Assembly: GCA_964016885.1 (NCBI GenBank)
Contig: OZ024740.1
Span: 13,640,001-13,704,000 of the forward strand
DNA: 64,000 nt
Direction: 5' to 3'
Origin: Eledone cirrhosa
Taxonomy: Eukaryota
The notes under the pieces are model-generated. The model worked only from the letters and a program-made list of their open reading frames with translations, was not told where the DNA came from and ran no database searches. A program made the position numbers and the translations under genes. Positions 15,001 through 25,242 of the stretch are shown piece after piece; within the stretch, counting starts at the first letter, position 1; the number at the start of each line of letters is the position of its first letter.

Positions 15001-18000
15001 CTATTCTGGTAGTCAGACTGGTGTTCTGGTAGTCAGACTTGTTCTGGTAGTCAGACTAGTGTTCTGGTAGTCAGACTGGTGTTCTGGTAGTCAGAATGGT
15101 GTTCTGGTAGTCAGAATGGTTCTGGTAGTCAGAATGGTTCTGGTAGTCAGAAGGGTGTTCTGGTAGTCAGAATGGTGTTCTGGTAGTCAGAATGGTGTTC
15201 TGGTAGTCAGACTGGTGCTATGGTAGTCAGAATGGTGTTCTGGTAGTCAGAATGGTTCTGGTAGTGAGAATGGTGTTCTGGTAGTCAGAATGGTGTTCTG
15301 GTAGTCAGAATGGTGTTCTGGTAGTCAGAATGGTTCTGGTAGTCAGAATGGTGTTCTGGTAGTCAGAATGGTCTTCTGGTAGTCAGAATGGTGTTCTGCT
15401 AGTCCGAATGGTGTTCTGGTAGTCAGACTGGTGTTCTGGTAGTCAGACTGGTGCTATGGTAGTCAGAATGGTGTTCTGGTAGTCAGAATGGTTCTGGTAG
15501 TGAGAATGGTGTTCTGGTAGTCAGAATGGTCTTCTGGTAGTCAGAATGGTGTTCTGGTAGTCAGAATGGTGTTCTGGTAGTCAGCCTGGTGTTCTGGTAG
15601 TCAGACTGCTATTCTGGTAGTCAGACTGGTGTTCTGGTAGTCAGACTTGTTCTGGTAGTCAGACTAGTGTTCTGGTAGTCATACTGGTGTTCTGGTAGTC
15701 AGAATGGTGTTCTGGTAGTCAGAATGGTTCTGGTAGTCAGAATGGTTCTGGTAGTCAGGATGGTTCTGGTAGTGAGAATGGTGTTCTGGTAGTCAGAATG
15801 GTGTTCTGGTAGTCAGAATGGTGTTCGGGTAGTCAGAATGGTGTTCTGGTAGTCAGACTGGTGTTCTGGAAGTCAGAATGGTGTTCTGGTAGTCAGAATG
15901 GTGTTCTGGTAGTCAGACTGATGTTCTGATAGTCAGACTGGTGTTCTGGTAGTGAGACTGGTGTTCTGGTAGTCAGAATGGTGTTCTGGTAGTCAGAATG
16001 GTTCTGGTAGTCAGAATGGTGTTCTGGTAGTCAGAATGGTGTTCTGGTAGTCAGAATGGTTCTGGTAGTCAGAATGGTTCTGGTAGTCAGAATGGTGTTC
16101 TGGTAGTCTGAATGGTGTTGTGGTAGTCAGAATGGTGTTCTGGTAGTCAGAATGGTTCTGGTAGTCAGAATGGTTCTGGCAGTCAGAATGGTGTTCTGGT
16201 AGTCAGAATGGTGTTCTGGTAGTCAGAATGGTGTTCTGGTATACAGACTTGTGTTCTGGTAATCAGACTGGTGTTCTGGTAGTCAGAATGGTGTTCTGGT
16301 AGTCAGACTGGTGTTCTCGTAGTCAGACTGGTGTTCTGGTAGTCAGAATGGTGTTCTGGTAGTCAGAATGGTGTTCTGGTAGTCAGAATGGTGTTCTGGT
16401 AGTCAGAATGATATTCTTGTAGTCAGAATGGTGTTCTGGTAGTCAGAATGGTGTTCTGGTAGTCAGAATAGTGTTATGGTAATCAGCATGGTGTTCTAGT
16501 AGTCAGAAGGGTTCTGGTAGTCAGAATGGTGTTCTGGTAGTCAGAATGGTGTTCTGGTAGACAGAATGGTGTTCTGGTAGTCAGAATGGTGTTCTAGTAG
16601 TCAGAAGGGTTCTGGTAGTCAGAATGGTGTTCTGGTAGTCAAAATGGTGTTCTGGTAGTCAGAATGGTGTTCTAGTAGTCAGAAGGGTTCTGGTAGTCGC
16701 AATGGTGTTCTGGTAGTCAGAATGGTGTTCTAGTAGTCAGAAGGGTTCTGGTAGTCAGAATGGTGTTCTGGTAGTCAGAATGGTGTTCTGGTCGTCAGAA
16801 TGGTGTTCTGGTAGTCAGAATGGTGTTCTGGTAGTCAGAATGGTGTTCTGGTAGTTAGAATGGATTTTCTGGTAGTCAGAATGGTGTTCTGGTAGTCCGA
16901 ATGGTGTTCCGGTAGTCAGAATGGTGTTCTGGTAGTTAGAATGGTTCTGGTAGTCAGAATGGTCTTCTGGTAGTCAGAATGGTGTTCTGGTAGTCAGACT
17001 GGTGTTCTGGTAGTCAGAATGATGTTCTGGTAGTCAGCCTGGTGTTCTGGTAGTCAGACTGCTATTCTGGTAGTCAGACTGGTGTTCTGGTAGTCAGACT
17101 TGTTCTGGTAGTCAGACTAGTGTTCTGGTAGTCAGACTGGTGTTCTGGTAGTCAGAATGGTGTTCTGGTAGTTAGAATGGTTCTGGTAGTCAGAATGGTC
17201 TTCTGGTAGTCAGAATGGAGTTCTGGTAGTCAGACTGGTGTTCTGGTAGTCAGAATGGTGTTCTGGTAGTCAGCCTGGTGTTCTGGTAGTCAGACTGCTA
17301 TTCTGGTAGTCAGACTGGTGTTCTCGTAGTCAGACTTGTTCTGGTAGTCAGACTAGTGTTCTGGTAGTCAGACTGGTGTTCTGGTAGTCAGAATGGTGTT
17401 CTGGTAGTCAGAATGGTTCTGGTAGTCAGAATGGTTCTGGTAGTCAGAATGGTTCTGGTAGTCAGAATGGTGTTCTGGCAGTCAGAATGGTGTTCTGGTA
17501 GTCAGAATGGTGTTCTGGTAGTCAGACTGGTGCTATGGTAGTCAGAATTTTGTTCTGGTAGTCAGAATGGTGTTCTGGTAGTCAGAATGGTGTTCTGGTA
17601 GTCAGAATGGTGTTCTGGTAGTCAGAATGGTTCTGTTAGTCAGAATGGTGTTCTGGTAGTCAGAATGGTGTTCTGGTAGTCAGAATGGTGTTCTGGTTGT
17701 CAGAATGGTGTTCTGGTAGTCAGAATGGTTTTCTGGTAGTCAGAATGGTGTTGTGGTAGTCAGAATGGTGTTCTGGTAGTCAGAATGCTTCTGGTAGTCA
17801 GAATGGTTCTGGTAGTCAGAATGGTGTTCTGGTAGTCAGAATGGTGTTCTGGTAGTCAGAATGGTTCTGGTAGTCAGAATGGTTCTGGTAGTCAGAATGG
17901 TGTTCTGGTAGTCAGAATGGTGTTGTGGTAGTCAGAATGGTGTTCTGGTAGTCAGAATGGTTCTGGTAGTCAGAATGGTTCTGGTAGTCAGAATGGTGTT

Positions 18001-18360
18001 CTGGTAGTCAGAATGGTGTTCTGGTAGTCAGAATGGTTCTGGTAGTCACAATGGTTCTGGTAGTCAGAATGGTGTTCTGGTAGTCAGAATGGTGTTGTGG
18101 TAGTCAGAATGGTGTTCTGGTAGTCAGACTGGTGTTCTGGTTGTCAGAATTGTGTTCTGGTAGTCAGACTGGTGTTCTGGTAGTCAGAATTGTGTTCTGG
18201 TAGTCAGACTGGTGTTCTGGTAGTCAGAATGGTGTTCTGGTAGTCAGACTGGTGTTCTGGTAGTCAGAATGGTGTTCTTGTAGTCAGAATGGTGTTCTGG
18301 TAGTCAGACTGGTGTTCTGGTAGTCAGACTGGTGTTCTGGTAGTCAGAATGGTTCTGGTA
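1..18360. repeat. 20-bp satellite (consensus ATGGTGTTCTGGTAGTCAGA, frequent 18-bp variant), runs off the left edge
   Basis: About 900 contiguous units; variant units recur in kb-scale blocks; each unit contains the dyad TTCTG-GTAGT-CAGAA. Confidence 0.99.
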
Positions 18361-18800
18361 TTGTTATACCAATATTATGGCGTGTGATAAAAGCTTTACT
18401 TTCATCAAGCTGAATATTAGATGTCGTTGGAGCTGTATTGCAGAATTCTCTTATGTTGTGTCATGTTTACAATGTACACATTTGTGTGTGAAAGGCTTAT
18501 TTTAAAGTATATTTTATGGCGGATCTGTGACGTTGGGATTGGGCGAATACGATGATTCTATCATTGTTGTTGTTGTCGGTGTTAATGCATGTTTTTTTTC
18601 TTTCTTTTTGTGAATATTTATAAATATTGGTGGATTTTTTAATTTATTTGAAGTCCTTGAAAGACACTTGCTTTTGTAGTGGTTTTAGAATCCATTTCAT
18701 ACAGTGTTGTCGCTTCTGTCTTTCTACTCTGTGTATTATGAGATATATATCTAAATGTTGGGCCGGCATTTTTGCTATAATCATCATCATTTGATTTTCT
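18361..18800 (-). pseudogene. possible highly decayed Penelope-like (Naiad-type) RT remnant
   Basis: Minus-strand fragments KTEATTLYEMD, SFKDFK, RPIPTSQI, IQLD occur in the same order as KADKTSNVYTMD, LKDHK, RLICPSKSDI, IQFD of the Naiad copy at 43927-46283; weak. Confidence 0.25.
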
Positions 18801-19363
18801 TTGCTTTTTGGGGGTGGGTGGGTGGGGTTGGGGTGTATTTCTAGCTAGCTCCAGTTGCATCTGTTAAAATCCTTTGATACTTTGCTATATGTGCTATACA
18901 TATAGAACTCCCCCCGCCCATGCCTCAAACTAATCAATTTCCTCTCCCGTTCTAAGCCAAATTTATTTCTCATTTTTATTTTCTCTCTGCCGCTTACATC
19001 ATCATCTTTCATATTATCTTCCTCACACCCATCGCATTCCCCCCATCCCCGTGTATCACATGCAATAACTAATTCCCAGGTATTACCTGTCATTCTCTAC
19101 CTGTATCTAAGCTCTCATCACATAACAAACAAACAAAATAAAAACTGTTCTCATTTTCCAGGGAACAATTTTATCCGAAACGACGGAAATGCTTCCCCGA
19201 ACGCCATATAAATTTAATAAACCTCATACATTACTAATAACCTTAAAGTGTGCCGATGTTCTTCACCACTGGTTCGTTATGTCACCCACCCACGCTCCTC
19301 CCCCTCCCCCTTCCCCCTCCCCATCTCTACCTCCCCCCTCTATCCCCCCTCTCTCTCTGAACA

Positions 19364-19479
<116 letters not shown>

Positions 19480-19536
19480 CTAAGGTGAAACAATTGTTCT
19501 CGGTATGGTGAACTAACTGTTGTGTTACCACTTCTA

Positions 19537-20165
19537 TCTACACATATATATAAAACTGTAGTTGTCTGTGCGTGTCCTCATTTTTGCAAAGTCTATACAA
19601 ACCCACATTTCTACTCCGATTGACTTCAAACTTGCATTTATATATTCCTTGCGGTCTAAGGATACTAACTGCAGCTTTTATTTTTCAATTTTCTGTTAAA
19701 CGCGTTTTTTTTCACTAAAACTTTAAGCCCTTTTTGTCGGAAATTTTGTCTACAATGTTCAATAGAGACAACTCTTTAGTATTTTGAAAGCGTTACCTCT
19801 CTTTTTAGACTATATTATCCCTACTTAAAAGTATATCCCTTGAAATTGTTGATGGTGACCCCAATAGCAACTCCGAAGCGTTCGGCATCTGATATAACAT
19901 AGCACAACAAATACATGTTCGGTCTGTCGAATGCCTTTTTACTTAACCCTATCGTCTTGGCTTTCGTGGGTTGAACATTTTGCTCTGAGGCACCCAATTA
20001 AGTTAAACCCCTGGTTATCTATAACGATTTTTTTTTATAAGCACAAAATGTAGACACCATCCCCAGGCCGAGGTATTCCGTACTTCTCTGTACTGTTTCA
20101 GAAAGGAGGGATAAACATGTCAATATATGTTTAGAAGCCCGAGCAACGCCGGACCATTCTGCTAG
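19537..20165 (+). mobile_element. non-autonomous Helitron
   Basis: 5' A|TC start followed by atatataaaa; 3' subterminal hairpin ccgagcaacgccgg and terminal CTAG|T; 5' part homologous to 57036-57275. Confidence 0.8.
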
Positions 20166-20178
20166 TATATATATATAT

Positions 20179-20377
20179 ATAGGAAAAATGTTTAACCCCG
20201 ACGGCAGAGCTCAAGCCGTTTCGACTGCTATTTCTGGAGCCTAGAAATAGCCGTAGCAACGGCTTGATCTCTGCCGTCGGGGTCTTGAAATTTTTCCTAT
20301 TACCCACTCTACTACCCGAAGTATTGAGTACTCTGGTGCGTTATGGTCCATCTGGTTCCTTACCACACCTCCTTCGT
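20179..20377 (+). mobile_element. short hairpin-headed insert in (TA)n, probable PLE terminal fragment
   Basis: About 120-nt imperfect hairpin 20179-20300 (ccccgacggcagag/ctctgccgtcgggg), then ATTGAGTAC motif, TA runs on both sides. Confidence 0.5.
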
Positions 20378-20389
20378 TATATATATATA

Positions 20390-20551
20390 TAGAACTGTTT
20401 CATTCAAAAGAAACCATTAGGATAATTTCTTTTGAATGAAACAATTCTAGTCATATAGAAGTAATTTCTATATTAAATATTATGTTTACACTCTACCAAT
20501 ATATTGAGTACCTTACAAACTGTGGTTACCCCGATTGAATCCGAGAATCCC
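20390..20551 (+). mobile_element. short hairpin-headed insert, probable PLE 3' end
   Basis: Hairpin tgtttcattcaaaagaaa/tttcttttgaatgaaaca; 3' part homologous to 58381-58466. Confidence 0.55.
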
Positions 20552-20583
20552 ATCTATCTATCTATCTATCTATACCCCACCCC

Positions 20584-20653
<70 letters not shown>

Positions 20654-20654
<1 letters not shown>

Positions 20655-21566
20655 AATGAAAAGTATAGAAATTGTTGTAGCGAGAAGCTAACAGTATTCC
20701 ATAACATATATGTGACTATAGCGTCAAAATGGGAAAATAGTTAACATAAGATATGGGAAAAATAATTCAGACTCAATTCAAAAGGAATCAGGATATAGAT
20801 TTATCCAACAGAATTAAGAGAAATCCAGGGAAAAATCAATAGAGCCTTAACTCATGATAAAACAAAATCTAAAGTACTGAACCTTCAATTTGGGACAACT
20901 TCAAATGCTCTGTATAGTCTTGAAAAGACTATTTCACGAAAACTTTCAGTGGGGTTGGTTACGGTTGGATTCCGTTCATCAGCAGAGCTCAACATGGTAA
21001 CCAAGGTCTCACTGGTAATGTGCCAAAAAGGGAATTTAAAAGCAGGCTAATTTAACATCATGCGTGATTATGAAAATAAAACGCACATGTGGAAAAACAG
21101 GGCTGGTGATGTCAGAATGTGACAAATGTTTGTTTACATGAAACAGCAGTCAAAAACATTCCGAAAGAAAACTCTACAAAAGGAGTTCAGCAAAAAGCAA
21201 TATTATCGCGGTCTTTTTCTAAAAAAAATACCGGGATTAGTCACAAATAATTTAAGCACTCTAGGAAATAAATCCGAGTATATATATATAAATGAAAAGT
21301 ATAGAAATTGTTGTAGCGAGAAGCTAACAGTATTCCATAACATATATGTGACTATAGCGTCAAAATGGGAAAATAGTTAACATAAGATATGGGAAAAATA
21401 ATTCAGACTCAATTCAAAAGGAATCAGGATATAGATTTATCCAACAGAATTTAGAGAAATCCAAGGAAAAATCAATAGAGCCTTAACTCATGATAAAACA
21501 AAATCTAAAGTACTGAACCTTCAATTTGGGACAAACTTCAAATGCTCTGTATAGTCTTGAAAAGAC

Positions 21567-21573
<7 letters not shown>
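20654..21573 (-). mobile_element. non-coding partial-tandem element with hammerhead ribozyme (retrozyme or non-autonomous PLE), 637-nt period
   Basis: 20654-20936 is repeated at 21290-21573; flanked by (TA)n; one full and one half hammerhead. Confidence 0.8.
20907..20988 (-). ncRNA. type I hammerhead ribozyme, intact
   Basis: Minus strand reads GCUCUG-CUGAUGA-ACGGA...UUCGU-GAA-AUAGUCUU-uuc-AAGACUAU-A-CAGAGC; all three stems pair, canonical core, AUA cleavage triplet. Confidence 0.9.
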
Positions 21574-21614
<41 letters not shown>

Positions 21615-21842
21615 GGAGAAAATGGAGAATGAGATATGAGTAGGCAGGCTTATGTATAGACAATAGACAAAAAGACGGACAGTTTCAGTTAAATATATCG
21701 ATCAGTAAAAATCAATATCTGGAAAACAATAATGAAATATCTATAAAATGTGAAACTTTTTTTGACGACATTTTTAAAGCTATCAATTGTCTGGGAAGAT
21801 GATAAAGAGACGACTAATAATGGAAGAGAAATACTCTTAAAT

Positions 21843-22027
21843 ATATCCATATACACACACATATATGTATATACATATATACATACATATATATATACAT
21901 ACATATATATACATAGATACATACATATATACATACATATATACATACATATATATATATACACATATATACATACATACATATATACATATATGTATAT
22001 ACATACATACATACATACATATATACA

Positions 22028-22103
<76 letters not shown>

Positions 22104-22348
22104 CATATATATACATATATATACATACATACATATATACATATATATACATATATATATACATATATACATAGATACATACATACATATATACATAGAT
22201 ACATACATACATACATGCACACACACACACACACACATATATATACATACATGCATACATACATATATATATATACAAACACAAATCTGTTTGTCTGTTT
22301 GTATATATACAGTATGTATACACGCATATATATATATATATATATATG
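21843..22348. repeat. compound (TA)/(TACA) microsatellite
   Basis: Low-complexity run that explains the IY/YI ORFs. Confidence 0.95.
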
Positions 22349-23134
22349 TAGATAAATCTACCAAGAGTTTACGGTAGTGTCCAATCCGTATGAAGAACTC
22401 AATGTATTCCGGATATCATGGAAAGAAGAGATGTAATGAAAATCCAATTTCGGTGAAAGATAAACGGTATACAGAGTCAAGATAAAATAAATAATGAACA
22501 AACAATTCCTTATATTAAACAAAAAAAGTTCACTATTTAACGATCGTTTCTAGGGCATATATGTGCTATAATTGGTATGCATATTTAACAGATCTATGTA
22601 CAAAATTATACAAAATTATACAAATTATCAAGATTAAATATACATACCTAACTCATATATACGCCGTCTTCAGAAATAATGAAGTATATTTATTGATAAT
22701 AACAACAATTCAAAATATCAGTTCAAAATTGACCAATGAAAACACAAAGGGTTAAAAAGCAGTTTGGTGTGTGTATATACATGTAAAAATTTGGTGTGTG
22801 TTTGGTGTGTGTATATACATGTAAAAATTTTACATGTATATACACACACCAAACTGCTTTTTAACCCTTTGTGTTTTCATTGGTCAATTTTGAACTGATA
22901 TTTTGAATTGTTGTTATTATCAATAAATATACTTCATTATTTCTGAAGACGGCGTATATATGAGTTAGGTATGTATATTTAATCTTGATAATTTGTATAA
23001 TTTTGTATAATTTTGTACATAGATCTGTTAAATATGCATACCAATTATAGCACATATATGCCCTAGAAACGATCGTTAAATAGTGAACTTTTTTTGTTTA
23101 ATATAAGGAATTGTTTGTTCATTATTTATTTTAT
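22349..23134. mobile_element. fold-back PLE pseudo-LTR with 307-bp inverted repeat
   Basis: Arms 22482-22788 and 22828-23134 are exact reverse complements (identical 64-aa ORFs on both strands); 22350-22680 is homologous to 40142-40460. Confidence 0.85.
22936..23084 (+). ncRNA. type I hammerhead ribozyme with long stem II insert (mirror copy 22532-22680 on minus)
   Basis: AUUAUUU-CUGAAGA-cggcguauauaug...cacauauaugcccua-GAAA-C-gauc-G-U-U-AAAUAGU; palindromic stem III; base of stem II is imperfect. Confidence 0.7.
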
Positions 23135-23350
23135 ATATATATATATATATACAAACACTTTTCTATATATCTATATCTATATCTATCTATGCCCCCCTCT
23201 CTCTCTCCCTATCTATCTATCTATATATCTATATATTACATCACACACACACTACATAAACAAATAAATAAAACATATATAAATTTATATATATTGTATA
23301 TAAATATATATTTATGTATACGTAGACACACATATATAAATATGTATATA

Positions 23351-23404
<54 letters not shown>

Positions 23405-23739
23405 CGAATGTGTGTGCGCGTGTGTGTGTATGTATAAATATATATTTACAACGTATCTTGAACACACACACATACACATACACACACACACACACTCACA
23501 CACACACACAAACATATATATGCTGTCTACCAATGACGCCATGATATATTAAAATATATTGAAGTTTATCTATAAAACTGACTTGTTGAACGCCCCCCCC
23601 CCCTATCGCACACGCTAACACACATATACACACACTAACACACACATATACACACACTAACACACACATATACACACACTAACACACACATAAAGATACA
23701 TTAATGAATTGTTGCCATATAAATGTTGATAGAATTTTG

Positions 23740-23925
23740 AGCCGGATCAATTGGAGAGGACTTGCTGGAAGGAGTGTTTGAGGACTCTCTGACCCCATGA
23801 CAATCTCAGGGATATGTGGGGCGAAGAAGAAGAAGAAGAAGAAGAAGAAGAAGAAGAAGAAGAAGAAGAAGAAGAAGAAGAAGAAGAAGAAGAAGAAGAA
23901 GAAGAAGAAGAAGAACGTGAAGAAG
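23740..23925 (+). mobile_element. RTE-type LINE 3' fragment with (GAA)n tail
   Basis: agccggatcaattggag...tgctggaaggagtgtttgag resembles 35133-35190; followed by a GAA run. Confidence 0.65.
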
Positions 23926-24384
23926 AGTCAATTGAGCTCCGATCAACAAACCGATGGTCAAAATTCGTTCCAGTTGCGCTCAACACGTCTGTTTGTATAA
24001 GAGGGAGTACAGTGTCCAATAACCACAGAGTATTAGTTGTCGACTTCACCACGGTGAGCTCTGGAAACTGATCCCTGAGCACTGATCTCTGATTTTTATC
24101 AGTCGAACGACAACAACTTGAGAGCAACTTAAACACAAGAAGAAGATCAATAGAAAACCATGACTACATTCGACTCTGGATAGCTGCCATATTTCGACAG
24201 CAGCAGTGTTTCTGGCACTTAAGTCTATACTGCTTAAGTATATTTTGCTTTAGAGCGGAGAATTGCTACTTTTCCGAGTTGAATGTGTCGAATAATTTGT
24301 GCCAGTGATGGTAGGCATGGTTACTCTTTCAGGAAAAATTTATTCATATGCCCACACATCGACAAAATATCTTCTGTAAAGCTA

Positions 24385-25050
24385 TTTCTCTCTCTCCCTC
24401 TCCCCCTCTCTCTCTCTCTCTCTCTCTCTCTCCTCACTCTTTCTCTCTCTCCTCTCTCTCCCTCTCCCGTCTCTCCCCCTCTCTCTTTTCCCTTTCTCCC
24501 CATCTTTCTCCCCTCTCTCCTTACTATACCACTATACCTCTCTACCCACCCCCTTTCTCTCTCTGTGCCCCCCCCTCTCCTTCTCCCCTCTCCCCTCTCT
24601 CTCACCTATGCCCCTTCTCTCTCCCCTCCCCTCTCTCCCTCTCTCCACTCTCTCCTTACCTTACTATACCTCTCTACCTACCCCTTTCTCTCTCTGTATC
24701 TCCCCTCCTTCTCCCCTCTCCCCTCTCTCTCACCTATGCTCCCTCTCTCTCCCCTCCCTCTCCTCCGTTCTCCACTCTCTCCTTACCTTGCTATACCTCT
24801 CTACCTACCCCCTCTCTTTCTCTCTGTATCTCTCTTTTATTTCCCTTCTCACTCTTTTTCTTTCTTAATTCATCTTTATTTGTTCATGGAAACATTGTTT
24901 ATTTTCATATCAATCTCTATCTCTCTCTCTCTCCCCCCTCTCTCTCATTGTTCTCTCTCTCTTTCTCTTTCACTCTCTCTCTTTCTCTCTTTCTCTTTCT
25001 CCCTCCTCTCTCATTCTTCACCACTAACTCTTCGTTCTCTCCCTCTTCCC
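24385..25050. repeat. CT-rich low-complexity region or minisatellite
   Basis: Polypyrimidine tract with recurring ctatacctctctacc blocks. Confidence 0.9.
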
Positions 25051-25242
25051 CGGAGCCACAAAAACTACAGAAACCGGAAGAGGGAATTAGAACGAGGGCA
25101 GCCGTTAACAACCGACTCTGAGCGATTAGAGTCGAAGCGATAAAATTCAGCAAAGAATTAGCACTAAAAAAACAAACAAACAAAAAAGCTGGGGAGAACT
25201 GGTAAGTAAATTGGTAAGAAATAGCAGGTGATGTGTTAGCTG

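Noticed and set aside
1-18360. Telomeric repeat or coding repeat
   Set aside because: Not TTAGGG-like; stops (TAG on plus, TGA on minus) occur in every unit and the 20-bp period rotates the frame
21670-21712. Hammerhead-like CUGAUCGA...GAAAC on the minus strand
   Set aside because: The core has an extra base and the stems do not pair convincingly
22561-23055. Duplicated 64-aa gene on both strands
   Set aside because: By-product of the inverted repeat; no recognisable protein features
24036-24116. Possible multibranch RNA (gttgtcg/cgacaac enclosing short hairpins)
   Set aside because: Single copy, short helices, no known motif or covariation support
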